From positions 95,480,001 to 95,544,000 of the forward strand of contig NC_043006.1 of NCBI RefSeq assembly GCF_006345805.1: a stretch of 64,000 nucleotides of DNA, written 5' to 3'. The notes under the pieces are model-generated. The model was given only the letters and a program-made list of their open reading frames with translations. It made no database searches and was not told where the DNA came from. Both the position numbers and the translations under genes were made by a program. Within the stretch, counting starts at the first letter, position 1; every line of letters starts with the position of its first letter. Below are positions 1 to 13,960 of this stretch, piece by piece. Source of the DNA: Octopus sinensis (lineage: Eukaryota).

Positions 1-93
1 GCCGTATACGATGAAATGCCTGTCTACAGGAGTGGAGTCAACATGAAATTATGAATAGGATACATTAATATATACATAAATATGTTTAAATAT

Positions 94-142
<49 letters not shown>

Positions 143-260
143 GTGGGGAGTGTCTATATATATATATATATAATATATTATTATATATGTATACATATAT
201 ATACATGCGCAACTGTGTGTATACATATTCACACATATATTTGTCTGTGTATGTGTATGT

Positions 261-313
<53 letters not shown>

Positions 314-507
314 GCATGTATGCATACACATGTGCATGAATGTGTATGAATATAATAGATTGATCAATAGAAGAGAAATGTTACGCCTGCCGCACACAGA
401 CAGACAGACACACACACCACACACTTACATATATATAGAATACATATCTTCTATAATTTAGTTGTTTCAGTCATTAGACTGTGGCCATGCTGGGGCACTG
501 CCACTTG

Positions 508-539
<32 letters not shown>

Positions 540-753
540 ATTATATATTATATATATATATATAATAGAGAGAGAATGTGTTTATATATACATATAATAT
601 ATATATATGTATATGTATAAATATGTGTTTGTGTATATATATATATAAGTATATATGTATATATATATATATATGTATGTATATATGCCAATATATGTAT
701 ATATATATATTATATATATAAGTATGCATATAATTATATATATATATATATAT

Positions 754-791
<38 letters not shown>

Positions 792-1516
792 TATCTATAT
801 GTTTACGTATTTGAAATGTATCTATCATATATAAGTGTGTGTGCCTGTGTGTGTAAATAAAGATATTGTTGTTATTAATAAATATTATCAACAATAATAT
901 AAGTGGGAAGTGAGCATTAAAGCAAAAATTAAACCAAAACAGGCAAATTTACAAATTTCCAATTGATTTTAAATAATAATTGAGGGTACACGAAGTACAT
1001 TTGTTGCTAGAAATAAGCGTCGAAACATACTAAATAAGCCATCATTTTACTGGACGTTCGAAATCACGTGTTATATGTATATCAGTGATACTCATTTGCA
1101 ACTTTCAGCCGCTATGGTAAGTTAAATTTTGCTCGCCCCTAAAGTTTCGCCAGCCTGCCGGCTCATTTGAGTGTTTTTCGACTATTATTTCTAGCAACGC
1201 TCGCTCTTCGTTTACCCTCAAATATAGAGTAAACAAGAGAGACAGTCAGAAACAAGGTAAATGCCCTTTGTATTTGAATACTATGCAAATATTCTTTTAA
1301 AAACTTTTCTTGTATTTTTTCCAAAATTTAATTTCTTTCCATATTTACAGTTGAAAAAGTCTCAATGATGAAACCGTTACCGAAATGTTTTTTATAAGAT
1401 TATTTTAGCATTTTCTAACTTGACTTTTTTTCAATATATCTCAACTCATGTGTTTCTTTTCAAACTTCTACGTATATATATGCATACATACCTACAAAAC
1501 ACATATATATAGATAT

Positions 1517-1553
<37 letters not shown>

Positions 1554-1708
1554 TGTTTGCATGTATATATTATATATCTATATATGTATATATATATGTA
1601 TATATATAATATAATATATATATATATATATTATATACACACATATATGTATACCTATGCATGTATACATACAGACAATATATATATATGTATATGTGTG
1701 TGTGTGTG

Positions 1709-1761
<53 letters not shown>

Positions 1762-2860
1762 ATATATATATACATATCTTGTTTTATCAGATATGTAGTG
1801 GAAGAAAAACATGCTGATCTGGAGGCGAGCAACCATATGAATCATAAAAAGGGAAATGTAGTATTTGCCTCATATTTCCTCATCTCATAACAACATAAAA
1901 CTGAGCTATTCTATTCCTCGCCAACACCAATGACGGCATCTACACCAGTTGTGTCGTATATCTCTGTCTATGTCTGCATAATTATATAAATATACATGTG
2001 TCTATAACCTCTCTACAAAATCGAGGGAGAAAAGACCTCGGAGCTACCTGTTGACCGCTCGGACGCAGGGTTAATCGCAAAGGTCTGTCTCGTTTAGACG
2101 ACCATCCGTTTTCGACGTGGTCGGCTTGTGGATTCCAGGACTACACTAGGAAGTTAGAAAATTTGTTGGTGTCATTTATTCACCATTACACACGTTGCAT
2201 TTGCTAACAGGATTTATAGTGCCCTACATTTTAGTCAGACTTGTAAGGAATTTTCTATTAGAATTTTTTCAGACAGAGATATTAAATAATACAAAACTTA
2301 GATTTGTTTGAAGCTTTTATATTTTGTTAATAATCAGGATCATTATCCATGGTTTTGGTGAAGGAAGGAAGAGCAAGTGAGACGGCACAGAAAATTTTCC
2401 ACTTTTTAAAAAATGCATTGTTTAATTCCTCTGTCTGAAAAATTTCTAATAGGAACCTCCTTACGTGTTTCGCTCACATGTAAAAGTCTGTAATTCCCAT
2501 TAGCAAATGAAATGTGTAATTGTGAATAAATAATACCAAAAAAATTGCAATTTCCTGTTTTTTATACACTAACGCTACGAACAATATTCCCAGAATTTTC
2601 AATTTAATATGTGCTTCGCATTTATACAACAACAGCACAAACCACGAATTAGATTGTGATACTGGAATAAGCAGATGCTCTTCAAGTGAAAACAAGTGGA
2701 TTTTATCCTGCCTATTTACATTGTGGTAAGAACCTTGCTTCCCAGCCACATAGTTCCGGGTTCAGTCCCACCTTAGGCAAGTGTTTTCTACTACAGCCTC
2801 GGGCTGACCAGAGCTTTGTGAGTGGATTTGTTAGATGAACACTAAAAGAAGTCCGTCATA

Positions 2861-2904
<44 letters not shown>

Positions 2905-3051
2905 TGTGTGTATGTAGGTATTTGTTATCTGTGTCTGAGTTCGACCCTCGACGATCGCTTGACAACTGATGTTGGTGTGTTTACGTCATCGTAGTTAGCG
3001 GTTCGGCAAGAGAAACCGATAGAATAAGTGCTAGTCTTACAAAGAAAATTG

Positions 3052-3082
<31 letters not shown>

Positions 3083-6000
3083 AATTAATAAATAAAACAT
3101 GCATATATACATACATATATCTACGTACCTACCTCTACATGTATATATACACGCATATATGGGTACAGGTCACAAAAAAAAAACGTCGAACACAATCAGA
3201 AACGAAAACATAAACACAAAACCAAGGAACTGGACATTTTCCTTAAACAACAAAAAAGTAGATTACAGGACAAATAACACAAGGAAAATTCCCCTTCTTC
3301 AGTCGCCATGGTTTCATCTACTCTGCGTTTCGAAGGTGAAGGCCATACGCATCTTCGATAGAGACTTTCCTTCCCGCGAAAAGCAAATTAAATAAAATTT
3401 GAGATCTTTTTGCGAAGGGGTAAAAATGGTAACAAAAACAGGACAGTAACGACTACAAAATATAAACAGTAAAATACAGGACAAGGAGAATAACAAGACA
3501 AGAAGGGCTGTTACGCCGTATATATCTGATATATATAGAGAGAGGCAGAGAGAGAGAGAGAGATTGATAGATAGATATAGATAGATGTAGATATAGATAG
3601 AGATAGAGAGACATACCAAAGCGAGCTAATAAACTGCGTTTGCTCTACCATGTCTACCTTATCCACCATATCTGCATTGTTGCTATGCAATGTCTTGAGT
3701 TTGGTCAACTTCGCTGATCATGTGTAGCGTCAGTGGTAGGAAACGAACTACTAAAGCGATCTGTATGGCTTCTACTCTCAAGCTCTATGCAAATCTTAAT
3801 GCTATCATTATTTGCTGCTAAAAAATGCAATATAAAAACAGGAAATACATTACTGCAAATGATGACGTACATGGCGGAAGCATGCTTAAAATGTTTGGTA
3901 CCATCAGAAACCTTTAACAACCGCAAGCAGTCTCTTTTTTTCATTGTCAACTGCAGTTCTAAAGTTAATACCAATATTGTAATATTGTTGCTATGCTGCT
4001 TGTTACGTGATCCATGCCGAACTAGAGTATTTAATCTTTAAGGATTAAACTACATTAAAAGCGAAGTGCTTTCACCAACTTCCTCCGTGTCACATAAAAA
4101 TAACAAATGTCTAAAATAAAATAATATAAAAATAATCAATAAGGCATTTCATTGAATATATCTACGAGGAAATAATTATCAACTTTTAGATATCTAAAAA
4201 CCATTGTCGGCTTTTTTCGAATGTTTTCCAAAGCTTTTCATTGAATTCTTTACGCTGCTCCAATCGCTAAACACGATTTTACATACTTACGCATTGATAT
4301 TGGGTGGGCTGAATATAGCTGGTTGTTGTCAGTTGTCATTTTACGTTGCAATACCGTTCAATGGGATAAGAAAGAAAGAAAAAGATTAATCGTAACGCAT
4401 CAGAAACGAGGAAAGACGAAGGTGAAAACAACAACACATATAAAAAAAAATAAGAGCAGAAAATGAGGTGGCACTTTGTTAAAAAGTTGTTATTGCGTGT
4501 GTGGGAAATATATGTATAAAATACTTTGCTAGATAATAAAACGGACAGTAAAAGAAGATTCCTATTCAACACGCTGCTTTTCATTGCTTTGCTCGGTTCT
4601 GATAAAAGTGTAACAGCCTGCATGTGGCTCTATCAAGTGTCACAATGTATGACTACGATTCACAAGAGAATTGCAATGCAACTTGCTTTAACAGAGCGTA
4701 GAGTTTAACAGTCAGAGAAAATAATGGGACTGATTTACCTCTGCCTTAACTAAACTGGGTATGAGGGGCGAACTTATAATTATCATTGGTGAGTGCACCA
4801 ACGCTATGCAAATACAGAGATATATGCGAATAAATTGAATACTCGTGATCTATACCGCTTCAAGTCAGAACATTGTAAAATTTATTGCATACAGTTTAAC
4901 ACAAACCAAATATATATTTACTTTAAAAGGTTGACTATAATATGATTGCTACGTCTTATATAGCAAATAATATTTTGTCCCATTAGGTTCCGATCAATCA
5001 GACCTATAAGCGGAATGTTTGTAGTTTTAAGTTACCTCCCTATGGTTTATTTCCATATATAATTTACCTTCTGCTATATTATCCTATGTGTAATTAATTT
5101 TATTAAGAGAGTAGAATAAGATTTGATAGGTAAATAGGTTGTTGTTTCTAGTAGATCAGTCAATAATGTGTATGTATTTCCCTCATTGATAAAATTTGAT
5201 ACAGCTTTGTGCATGTGTGTGAAATATGAACATGCCTTCCCTTGGGTGAATGTTTAAGTACCACGAGGGCGTTGACGATAACCATCAAATTGGACAGAAG
5301 TTGTAGGTAAGTTCCATGTGGATACTTAAATGTGCAAACTACGCGAGATATATTGCATAACGGATCTGTCATATTCGGTTTGGGAGAATCTATACAACAT
5401 GAAACAGATAGGACATACGGGGAAATGCCCACTGATTAACAAACGAGTATCGTGAGATCGTTGTGGAATTATACCTGTCAACACGCTTGAAAGATAAATG
5501 GAAACGCTAGAAGAGACATGTATATACATGTGTGTGTGTTGCATATATATATATATATGTGTGTGTGTGTGTCTGTGTGTGTAAGGAGTGACTGTGTGGT
5601 AAGTAGCTTACTTACCAACCAGGTGGTTCCGGGTTCAGTCCCATTGAATAGCACCTTGGGCAAGTGTCTTCTGTTATAGCTTCGGGCCGACAAAATCCTT
5701 GTGAGTAGATTTGGTAGACGGAAACTGAAAGAAGACCGAAGTAATTATATATATATATATATGTTTGTGTGTCTGTGTTTGTCCCCCCAGCATCGCTTGA
5801 TAACCGATGTGCTTCTGTACCACTTTATAGCCTTGTCGGACTCTGAAGAAGCTGAGGAGCGATACGCAAGTACATAACTATGTGTACTACAGAAACAGTT
5901 GTAAGCCAATGAAATGCATAACAATTTCTTGTTACGTTAGCACTACGTGAACGTAACTTAGCAGTTCGGGAAAAGATTTGAAAGAATAATTCGAGAAAGG

Positions 6001-6536
6001 CATAAGTCCTGGAGTCGAATTGCGCAACTAAAAGCCTTGAAAGTACTGCTCTAGTATGGCCGCAATTTGATGCCTGAAACAAATGCAAGACATAGAATAA
6101 GTGTTCCAAAATGTCTGTCGTTTAACAAAGGCATCTTAGCATTTCGCTTTTTGCGAGCTCATGAATACTACATGGCTAAATTAATACAAAATTATCAATA
6201 AACAATGTGGTTATCTTGCTGAGTTTGAATTCTGTAAAACAAAGAAGAAATCGTGACTACAACACAGATTTGTGAAGTTAGAACTTGGAAATAACAAACA
6301 GTAAATGCAAAAGAAACAGACATGCAGATACATATAACTGTATAAACGCATTCCCATGAATAAGTAATCATATCCTTTTGCATACATGCACATCACTACT
6401 TATATACACAATTATCTACATGCAAATATAAATTATATATTGTATATGTATATACATATATAAAATTTATATATATATATATATATTTAAATATATTATA
6501 CAAAATGTATAATATACACTATATATATATATATAA

Positions 6537-6568
<32 letters not shown>

Positions 6569-6654
6569 GTGTGCATATATATATACATATATATACATAC
6601 ATACATTTGTATATAGTATATATATATATGAGACATAGGTATAATATATATTCT

Positions 6655-6704
<50 letters not shown>

Positions 6705-6787
6705 CATATAATATATGAATATATACATCTATTTTATCTAGTTATTTCTAGATATATATGTAAGAATATATATTATACCTATGTCTC

Positions 6788-6832
<45 letters not shown>

Positions 6833-6972
6833 CATATGCATGCATATATTATGTGCATATATATGTATGCATGTTTACAGCCAGCAACATTGACATATGG
6901 CCTGAGAAAACAATCCGTCTGTCGTAATTCTGTAAAAATATATATGTATTTACATATATGTGTATGTGTGTG

Positions 6973-7011
<39 letters not shown>

Positions 7012-7361
7012 TTGTGTATGTATATATGCATGTATGTATTCAGAAACAGATAGTCTAGTGTTGCTGGTGTTCTATTAAATATGTCGTGTAAAATACAAAC
7101 GATAACTGGTTAGAGAATATTTGCGTTGATCTATGTGATGTGGCATAAATTAACCAGATAAAAGAAGTGAAGGAACAGATGTTCATTCCATTTCTTAACA
7201 GCTGTTTCGTAATCTGTGTTAGTTACATAAGTGGTGCTACATCCTCTCACACACACGCACTCACAATTAAATAAGCATACATATATTTCTTTCATCTTTT
7301 ACGTCATTCAGTCGGCAACCACGTTGTGGCATCGACTTGAAGAATTTCAGTTGAACAAATC

Positions 7362-8062
7362 GGATCTTTTCGGTTTGAACGGCAGTTTTTAACATAATTT
7401 CTAGGTAACTAAAAAATTTTAAACTTCGTATACTGGTAGAATGTATTTATCAAACATCTTTTTCTCTTGGCTTTATTGAGAAACTTCTATAGTTTGTAAG
7501 ATATTTAGCCTTTAATTTCTTGCATTTTGGCAATTTCAACCAATCAATGACCGTCTATTCAGGTGAAAACATTCTGTGCCGTATGAATATGTCCCTCGTT
7601 TAAGAAACAGTTTGGGTTTATTTACATTTGTGAAGAAAAAAAGATACCCTTCCACCAACCCTAACCCTAACTAACTGCCGTTTTTCTAGCGGTGTCATAT
7701 GAAATTGTCACCCATAATTATTACCCTAGTATCGATCTATTGCATTTCAATCTATTTTAGATTTAGGGTTAGTTAGGGTTAGGGTATCTTTTTTTCTTCA
7801 CAATAAACCCAATCTGTTTCTTAAACGAGGGACATATTCATACGGCACAGAATGTTTTCACCTGAATAGACGGTCATTGATTGGTTGAAATTGCTGAAAT
7901 GCAAGAAATTAAAGACCAAATATCTTACAAACTAAAGATTTTTCTCAATAAAGCCAAGAGAAAAATATGTTTTATAAACACATTCTACCAGTATACGAAG
8001 TTTAAAATTTTTTAGTTACCTAGAAATTATGTTAAAAACTGCCGTTCAAACCGAAAAGATCC
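7362..8062. mobile_element. 701-bp foldback MITE-like element with ~310-bp inverted arms and internal telomere-like CCCTAA/TTAGGG repeats, inserted in a CORE-SINE
   Basis: Begins GGATCTTTTCGGTTTGAACGGCAG and ends CTGCCGTTCAAACCGAAAAGATCC. Arms align throughout. SINE 3' pieces lie on both sides (7300-7361, 8063-8220). Confidence 0.85.
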
Positions 8063-8228
8063 TCAAATCAACGCCTGTTTATTTTTTTTCTATTTCGTAA
8101 CGCATTTTTTCTTATTCTATCCATCTTTTTGCCGAACCGCTAAGTTTCGGGCCGTAAGCACTCGAACACCGGTTTCAAGTGATGATGGAGAACAAAGACA
8201 GACACAAAGAGACAAAAACGCTGGTATA

Positions 8229-8260
<32 letters not shown>

Positions 8261-8524
8261 CTATATAATTGAATAAGGGTAGAAATTGATATTAATCAAT
8301 TAAAACCAGTGGCCTAGCATATTAAAAATTCCGAAGATTAAAATATCTTTTACAAGCAAAATTTAAAGGACTGACCACTAAAAGTGGACGGTCAATATGC
8401 TAGATATAGACGTTAAAATCGCTATTTTCCACGAAGAATGTGTTCTCAAGAAAAAACTCAGCACAAAACCAAAGTGTAAAAAATGGTTATTGTCTTGCTT
8501 AAATTTTGTATATATTTATATATA

Positions 8525-8790
8525 TATAACAATAAGGGTTTTGCAACAAATTGGTTGACCACATACCAAAAATTTTAGAAATAGTAGCCAAAAGACTACT
8601 ATTTCCTTTTTCTACAAAAATGTTGGTATGTGGTCAAGCAACTTGCTGCAAAACCCTTATTGTTATAATTATATATAAAAAAATCTTTTTGTATAAGTTT
8701 TTACCGAATATGGTCCTTTTCCATATCGAAAAACTACTAGGTGAAATTTGTTGATTTTATTAAATTAATTATCTTTAACCCTATATTTAA
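8525..8790. repeat. ~140-bp foldback plus conserved tail; second family member at 59831-60050
   Basis: aacaataagggttttgcaac.../...gctgcaaaacccttattgtt form inverted arms. The same architecture and the tail tacc-aatatgg...ccata...ctactaggtgaaattt recur at 59831-60050. Confidence 0.7.
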
Positions 8791-8841
8791 TGAGATATAT
8801 ATATATATATATATAACTCAGAGAAGCACGTTGTATTTATA

Positions 8842-8880
<39 letters not shown>

Positions 8881-10417
8881 TATATATATATATATCAACG
8901 TGCTTCTCTGAGTTTCCGTCGAAGAAATCCACTCACAAAGCTTAGCTCGACCCACAGCTATAGTAAGAAATTCTTGCCTAAGATGCCATTTAATGGGACT
9001 GAACCCGGAACCATGTGGCTGGGGAAACAAACTTCTTACCACACAACGAAGCTAATTCTTACCACACAGCCATAGCCAAATACTCATCCTGGAAAGCGAC
9101 GAAGAACCATTTGCTATTGATTTCAAATTATCTCAGTTTTTCGGGCTTGTTATCGCAGTCTCGAACACATTTGAAGAACGCTTCAGACACGAGAAACCAA
9201 TACCTAGAATTTGCGTAAACTTTCAACCAATTAGCGCACGTTGATTATATCTGCGTTGTAGTGAAAATCGAAATATTCAGCCTTAGTACAAAGGTTACAG
9301 ATAGCACTTGACTGTTGTGGATCTGCAAAACAACATTAATAACAAACATAATATTTCATAGTAATCTAGTTTTACTGAACTTCAACGCAGTGAATCGTAT
9401 GGAAGCTATTTACATGTTTCGCTATCTCTGATTATAGTTGAAATGAAATTCTGATTCCATATCTTTATTACAGTAAAGTTTACATAAATATAACTATACA
9501 TATAAGTGAAACTCTGCCAGCCCTCTACACACCTCCTGTTACATACTGTCTCATTAGTCCATATATCATACAGCATTTACCATTAACCACCTCGTCGGAG
9601 TAAGGCAATAAATGTAACCCACACCTCACACCGTCTCATATATATAAACCCATTCTCTGAAGTAATTAAATAGAAGTAAATCATATCTCACACGCCTTTT
9701 ATTTTATATCATTGCTCTCTCAGACAGAAGGAAATAAAAGACACTCATATTTCAGACCGACTCTTATATTAGCAGTCTCACTAGAAGGATGAAATAGAAA
9801 ATGTAAGCGAGAGAGAGAGTGAGAGAGAGGAGTAGGGAGGACAGACAGAGAGGGTAAGCGCCAGACAGATAGGGTTGTGTCTGCCATGTTTTATTATGGT
9901 GTACTTCACAAGTTGTATTGCAGCCTAACAATGTTAACTTCCATCCACGCCAGCAGCCATGTTATGTGGTCGCGATTTTCAGCAAGGAACTTCCTATATG
10001 GTCATTCTGTCTGCAAGAAACAGCAGCCAAATTTCCGTCAATCATGGTCATTCTGTCTTAAATATAGACTACACTGACTGATAGACTGGGAAACAGAGGC
10101 TGGGACATACTACTGTTCGGCTAGGACTGACAACCATGTAAAGAAAAAAAAACAACGGCCAAGTTTAATTCGAAGCAACGCGGAGAGCCATGTATATTGC
10201 CTCTTGATCTGCTAAAAATAACAGTGAAATTTATCTCAAAGCAAACCTAGATGTCTTTAGAAGATGACTGTCAGCAAATATATTTATAAAACATACAGGA
10301 TAATAAAAAACAATAAGGACATAATAGATCTAGGCTGGATTAGAACGCCGTTCCTAAAGTGTTGGAACGAATGTCACAAGGTATTTTATTCTCTGCTCTA
10401 AAATCCAGACAAATCCA

Positions 10418-11370
10418 AGGCGGTGAGCAGGCAGAAACGTTAGTACGCCGGGCGAAATGCTTAGCAGTATTTCTTCTGCCGCTACGTTCTGAGTTCGAAT
10501 TACACCGAGACCGACTTTGCCTTTCATCCTTTCGGCGTCAATAAATTAAGTAACAGTTACGCACTGGGGTCGATGTAATCGACTTAATCCGTTTGTCTGT
10601 TCTTGTTTGTCCCTTCTGTGTTTAGCCCCTTGTGGGTAGTAAAGAAATAGGTATTTCGACTTCCACTACCTTCTGAGTTCAAATTCTGTTGAGGTCGACT
10701 TTGTCTTTCATCCTTTCGAGGTCGATAAATTAAGTACCAGTTTCGTACTGGGGTCGATCTAATCGACTGATCCCGTCCCTAAAAATCTCAGGCCTTGTGC
10801 CTAGAGTAGAAAAGAATCGTTAGCACACTGCACAAGATACTTAGCGGCAGTTCGTCCGTCTTTACGTTCTGTGTTCAAATTCCTCCGAGGTCTGCTTTGC
10901 TTTTCATCCTTCTAGTTCGACTTACCACTTCCCCGGAAATACCGGCATTGTACTAAAATTTGAAATCACTGTATCGTCTAATGGGAAGACGGTGAGCTGG
11001 CAGAATCGTTACCGCAAATGGAAAATACTTAGCAGCATTTCCTCAAACTTTACCTTCTGTGTTAAATGCCGTCCAGTTTGACTTGGGCATCATCTTTTCG
11101 TGATCGATAAAATGAATACTCCTGAGGTCGATGTGATCAACTTTGTAACTCACCCGAACTTGCTGGTCTAGTCTCAAAATTTCAAACCAATAAATCGACT
11201 AAAATTACAATAAATTATGCAGGTACCTAGACAAGACGTGGACTGACTCGTTAATCGGCTTTGCATAATTGTTGCAGCACTCTTTGTTTTGTGTTCGAAT
11301 CTCGCGGAAATCAAATTGGTCTTTCAATATTTACGGGTGGAATTAGATAAAATATCAGTGAAGTGCTAAT
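10418..11370 (+). mobile_element. Head-to-tail cluster of a second tRNA-derived SINE family (about five units)
   Basis: Repeated GGCAGAA(A/T)CGTTAG...GAGTTCAAATT...GAGGTCGACTTTG(C)CTTTCATCCTTTCG...GTCGAT. Other copies ~32660-32880, 46400-46580, 46640-46800, 53490-53660, 53720-53850, 63570-63770. Confidence 0.85.
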
Positions 11371-11387
11371 GCCAATTCGGCTTAGTT

Positions 11388-11436
<49 letters not shown>

Positions 11437-12092
11437 CTGTGTAAATCAGTTGTGCTCAAACCTTCAGAGATTTTGGCTGCCACCTCTTTATCTTACCTTG
11501 ACAGGACAACACCACTTTATACAATGCCAGCAGTTCAGTACCAAAAGAGGATTAAAAATATTAAAATGAAAGAAAAAAAAACAGAAAGATAGTTGTAACA
11601 ATTTCTTAACAGTATCTGGGAAGCTAGTCACAAGTAGAGTTAATCGACTTGACTAAGACTTCTACTTCAACAATGCGATAATCACGAAACCACCAACTAG
11701 GAGTCCAGTTACTTCATAAATATTGTCTACTCAACTATTATTTCTTATCGCGCTCTGATATCGTTAATGAGGCATGAAACACTTCATTAGAAACGTATAG
11801 CAGATATCAATCAAAGTTCTCTAGCGAGTGAGTCGTGGACAGCAACGTAACGGCTGTTTCTCTCTTGCAGTAATACATACATACACACACACAAAACAAA
11901 ACACACACCACACACACACGCACACTTATGTATGTGTTTATACACACACACATATATATGTATGAATATATATATATATGTATACATGTATTTATGTATG
12001 TAGGCATATATGTGTTTATATGTGTATATATGTATGTATGTATGTATATATATATATATAATATATATTATAATAATATATAATATATATAT

Positions 12093-12128
<36 letters not shown>

Positions 12129-12248
12129 CATGCTTGCATGCACGTGAATGCATATATAAAAACACACACATATATATACATACATACATATACGTATATA
12201 TACACATATACGTAAATATAAATAAATATATATATATATATATATATA

Positions 12249-12288
<40 letters not shown>

Positions 12289-13239
12289 TTGTGTGTGTGT
12301 CTGCGTCTGTGTATGCGCATATACATGCAATACATACACGTATGTATATACGAAGAGCAGGACATATTGACAGGAAGGGGACAGGAAGTGAAAGGAGATA
12401 AATTGATGGAATATGTAGGAAATTTTAATTTGGTGATCAGTGGTATCAAGGAAAGTTTAATCAAGCACCACCTTTGCTACGATCTCCGAGATTCCCTCCA
12501 TCCATGCCACTCGCTCGACACAAAGTGAAGTGTTCTGTTGTTCAACAACATTTTCATTAACCACATCCATTATCTAACCGTAATACGTAAATCAACGGTT
12601 GCATTATTAATCTGGTCATTGAGAAATCCAGGGAAAGGAAACTGTAAGAGAAGTAGGTGATAGGAAGATAGTTAGTGAAAGAGAAAAAGGGGAAAGTAAA
12701 GAATGAGAGAAAAGGATTGAGGGAGAGATATAGAGAGAGAGGGATAGTAAGAGGAAATAATCTGTTGCAGATGATGGTAAGGGAAAGTGGAAAGGAGAAG
12801 AGAAAATTCACCATAGTAGAAACATTCGTCAAGGACCGCGTTTAAGGTTAATTACAGATGCGCTCATAGAGGTGGGGGAGTAACCAACAGAAGAGGGCCA
12901 ATCTGTTACTGATTAAAGTTCACATCGCTATTTAGATTGCCGCTTTAAATGTATTCTACTTAGCCCATGTAATAACCACCTTTGTAACAAGGCCAATATG
13001 CTACAGCATTGTGTTTTTAAATATCGCAAAAATGCCGGTTTGTGTGTGTGTCTAGACTGCATGGTCTAGTCACGAAAGCCACCAAACTGATTGCACCTCT
13101 CAAGGCACAGGTGAGGTACACATTACGTCAATTTTTGGCTCTGATGCGATACATACAATGTTTATGTATGTATGGAAGTGTGAATATATGCATATATATA
13201 TACATGTATTGCATACATACATATATAAAATAATGTATA

Positions 13240-13284
<45 letters not shown>

Positions 13285-13488
13285 TCTTTCAGTCATTTCA
13301 CTGCGGCCATGCTGGAGCACCGCCTTTTGTCGAGCAAATCGACCCCGAGACTTATTCTTTTGTAAGCCCAGTACTTATTCAATCGTTCTCTTTTGCCGAA
13401 CCGCTAAGTAACGGTGATATAAATACACAAGCAACGGTTGTCAAGCAATGCTAGGGGGACAAACACAGACACACAAACACACATACGC

Positions 13489-13521
<33 letters not shown>

Positions 13522-13680
13522 TACGACGGGCTTCTTTCAGTTTCCGTCTACCAAATCCACTCACAAGGCTTTGGTCGACCCGAGGCTATAGTAGAAGACA
13601 CTTGCCCAAGGTGCCACGCAGTGGGACTGAACCCGGAACCATGTGGTCGGTAAACAAGCTACTTACCACACAGCCACTCA
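13285..13680 (-). mobile_element. Full-length tRNA-derived CORE-type SINE with internal (TA)n; other copies ~2720-3050(+), 5580-5830(+), 8895-9070(-), 26975-27075(+), 38800-38930(-), 41160-41325(-), 45225-45480(-), 46085-46260(+)
   Basis: A box TGTGGTAAG, B box GGTTCAGTCCC, CORE-like CCTTGGGCAAGTGTCTTCTAC, and conserved tail GGCGGTGCTCCAGCATGGCCGCAGT. Confidence 0.85.
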
Positions 13681-13807
13681 TATATATACATTTTTAAAAT
13701 TTTTTTTATTTTATCTAGTTTCAGCTCACGAGCTGTGGCCATGCTGGGGCATCGCTATTCTACAGGTTTTTCTTTTATCATGCTCGCTCTGTTTATTTTC
13801 TCTTTTT

Positions 13808-13845
13808 TCTTTCTGTTGAAGGGCGTAGGCTCGAAACGTAAAAGG
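13808..13845 (+). ncRNA. Hammerhead-like motif with variant core CUGUUGA in upstream Penelope pLTR
   Basis: UCUUU-CUGUUGA-A-GGGC GUAG GCUC-GAAA-CG-UA-AAAGG. Stem III is reduced to the ACGU palindrome. A6 is replaced by U. Confidence 0.55.
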
Positions 13846-13960
13846 CTTTATAATTTTCCCGAGCATCAAAATAATACACCCGCTTGTTGTTCTTACAACT
13901 GCCTTTGTCTTTTGTTTTTCTATAAATTTCAACTATATGGTATATATATATATATATATT

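Noticed and set aside
1-54. Open frame AVYDEMPVYRSGVNMKL* at the window edge
   Set aside because: Could be a terminal exon, but 17 codons with no upstream context cannot be supported.
3290-3345. CUGAAGA and GAAAC motifs on the minus strand of a repeat
   Set aside because: Order and pairing do not give a hammerhead. The hairpin after CUGAAGA is followed by GUG, not GAAA.
3640-4710. Unique-looking sequence with 60-100 aa ORFs
   Set aside because: No motif or consistent frame. Lengths are expected by chance.
5205-5312. Splice-like cag...ag|gtaagt segment; similar micro-exon candidates at 30794-30818 and ~19206-19215
   Set aside because: Stops in all frames or too short, with no recognisable protein. 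Needs RNA-seq.
5838-5885. CUGAAGA-A-GCU GAGG AGC-GAUA
   Set aside because: A14 is mutated and stem I does not pair.
7655-7785. Interstitial telomere or chromosome fusion site
   Set aside because: Only 2-3 imperfect units, symmetrically placed within a foldback element.
10418-11370. CRISPR-like repeat-spacer pattern
   Set aside because: Units are diverged ~185-bp SINE bodies in eukaryotic DNA, with no short identical repeats or cas genes.
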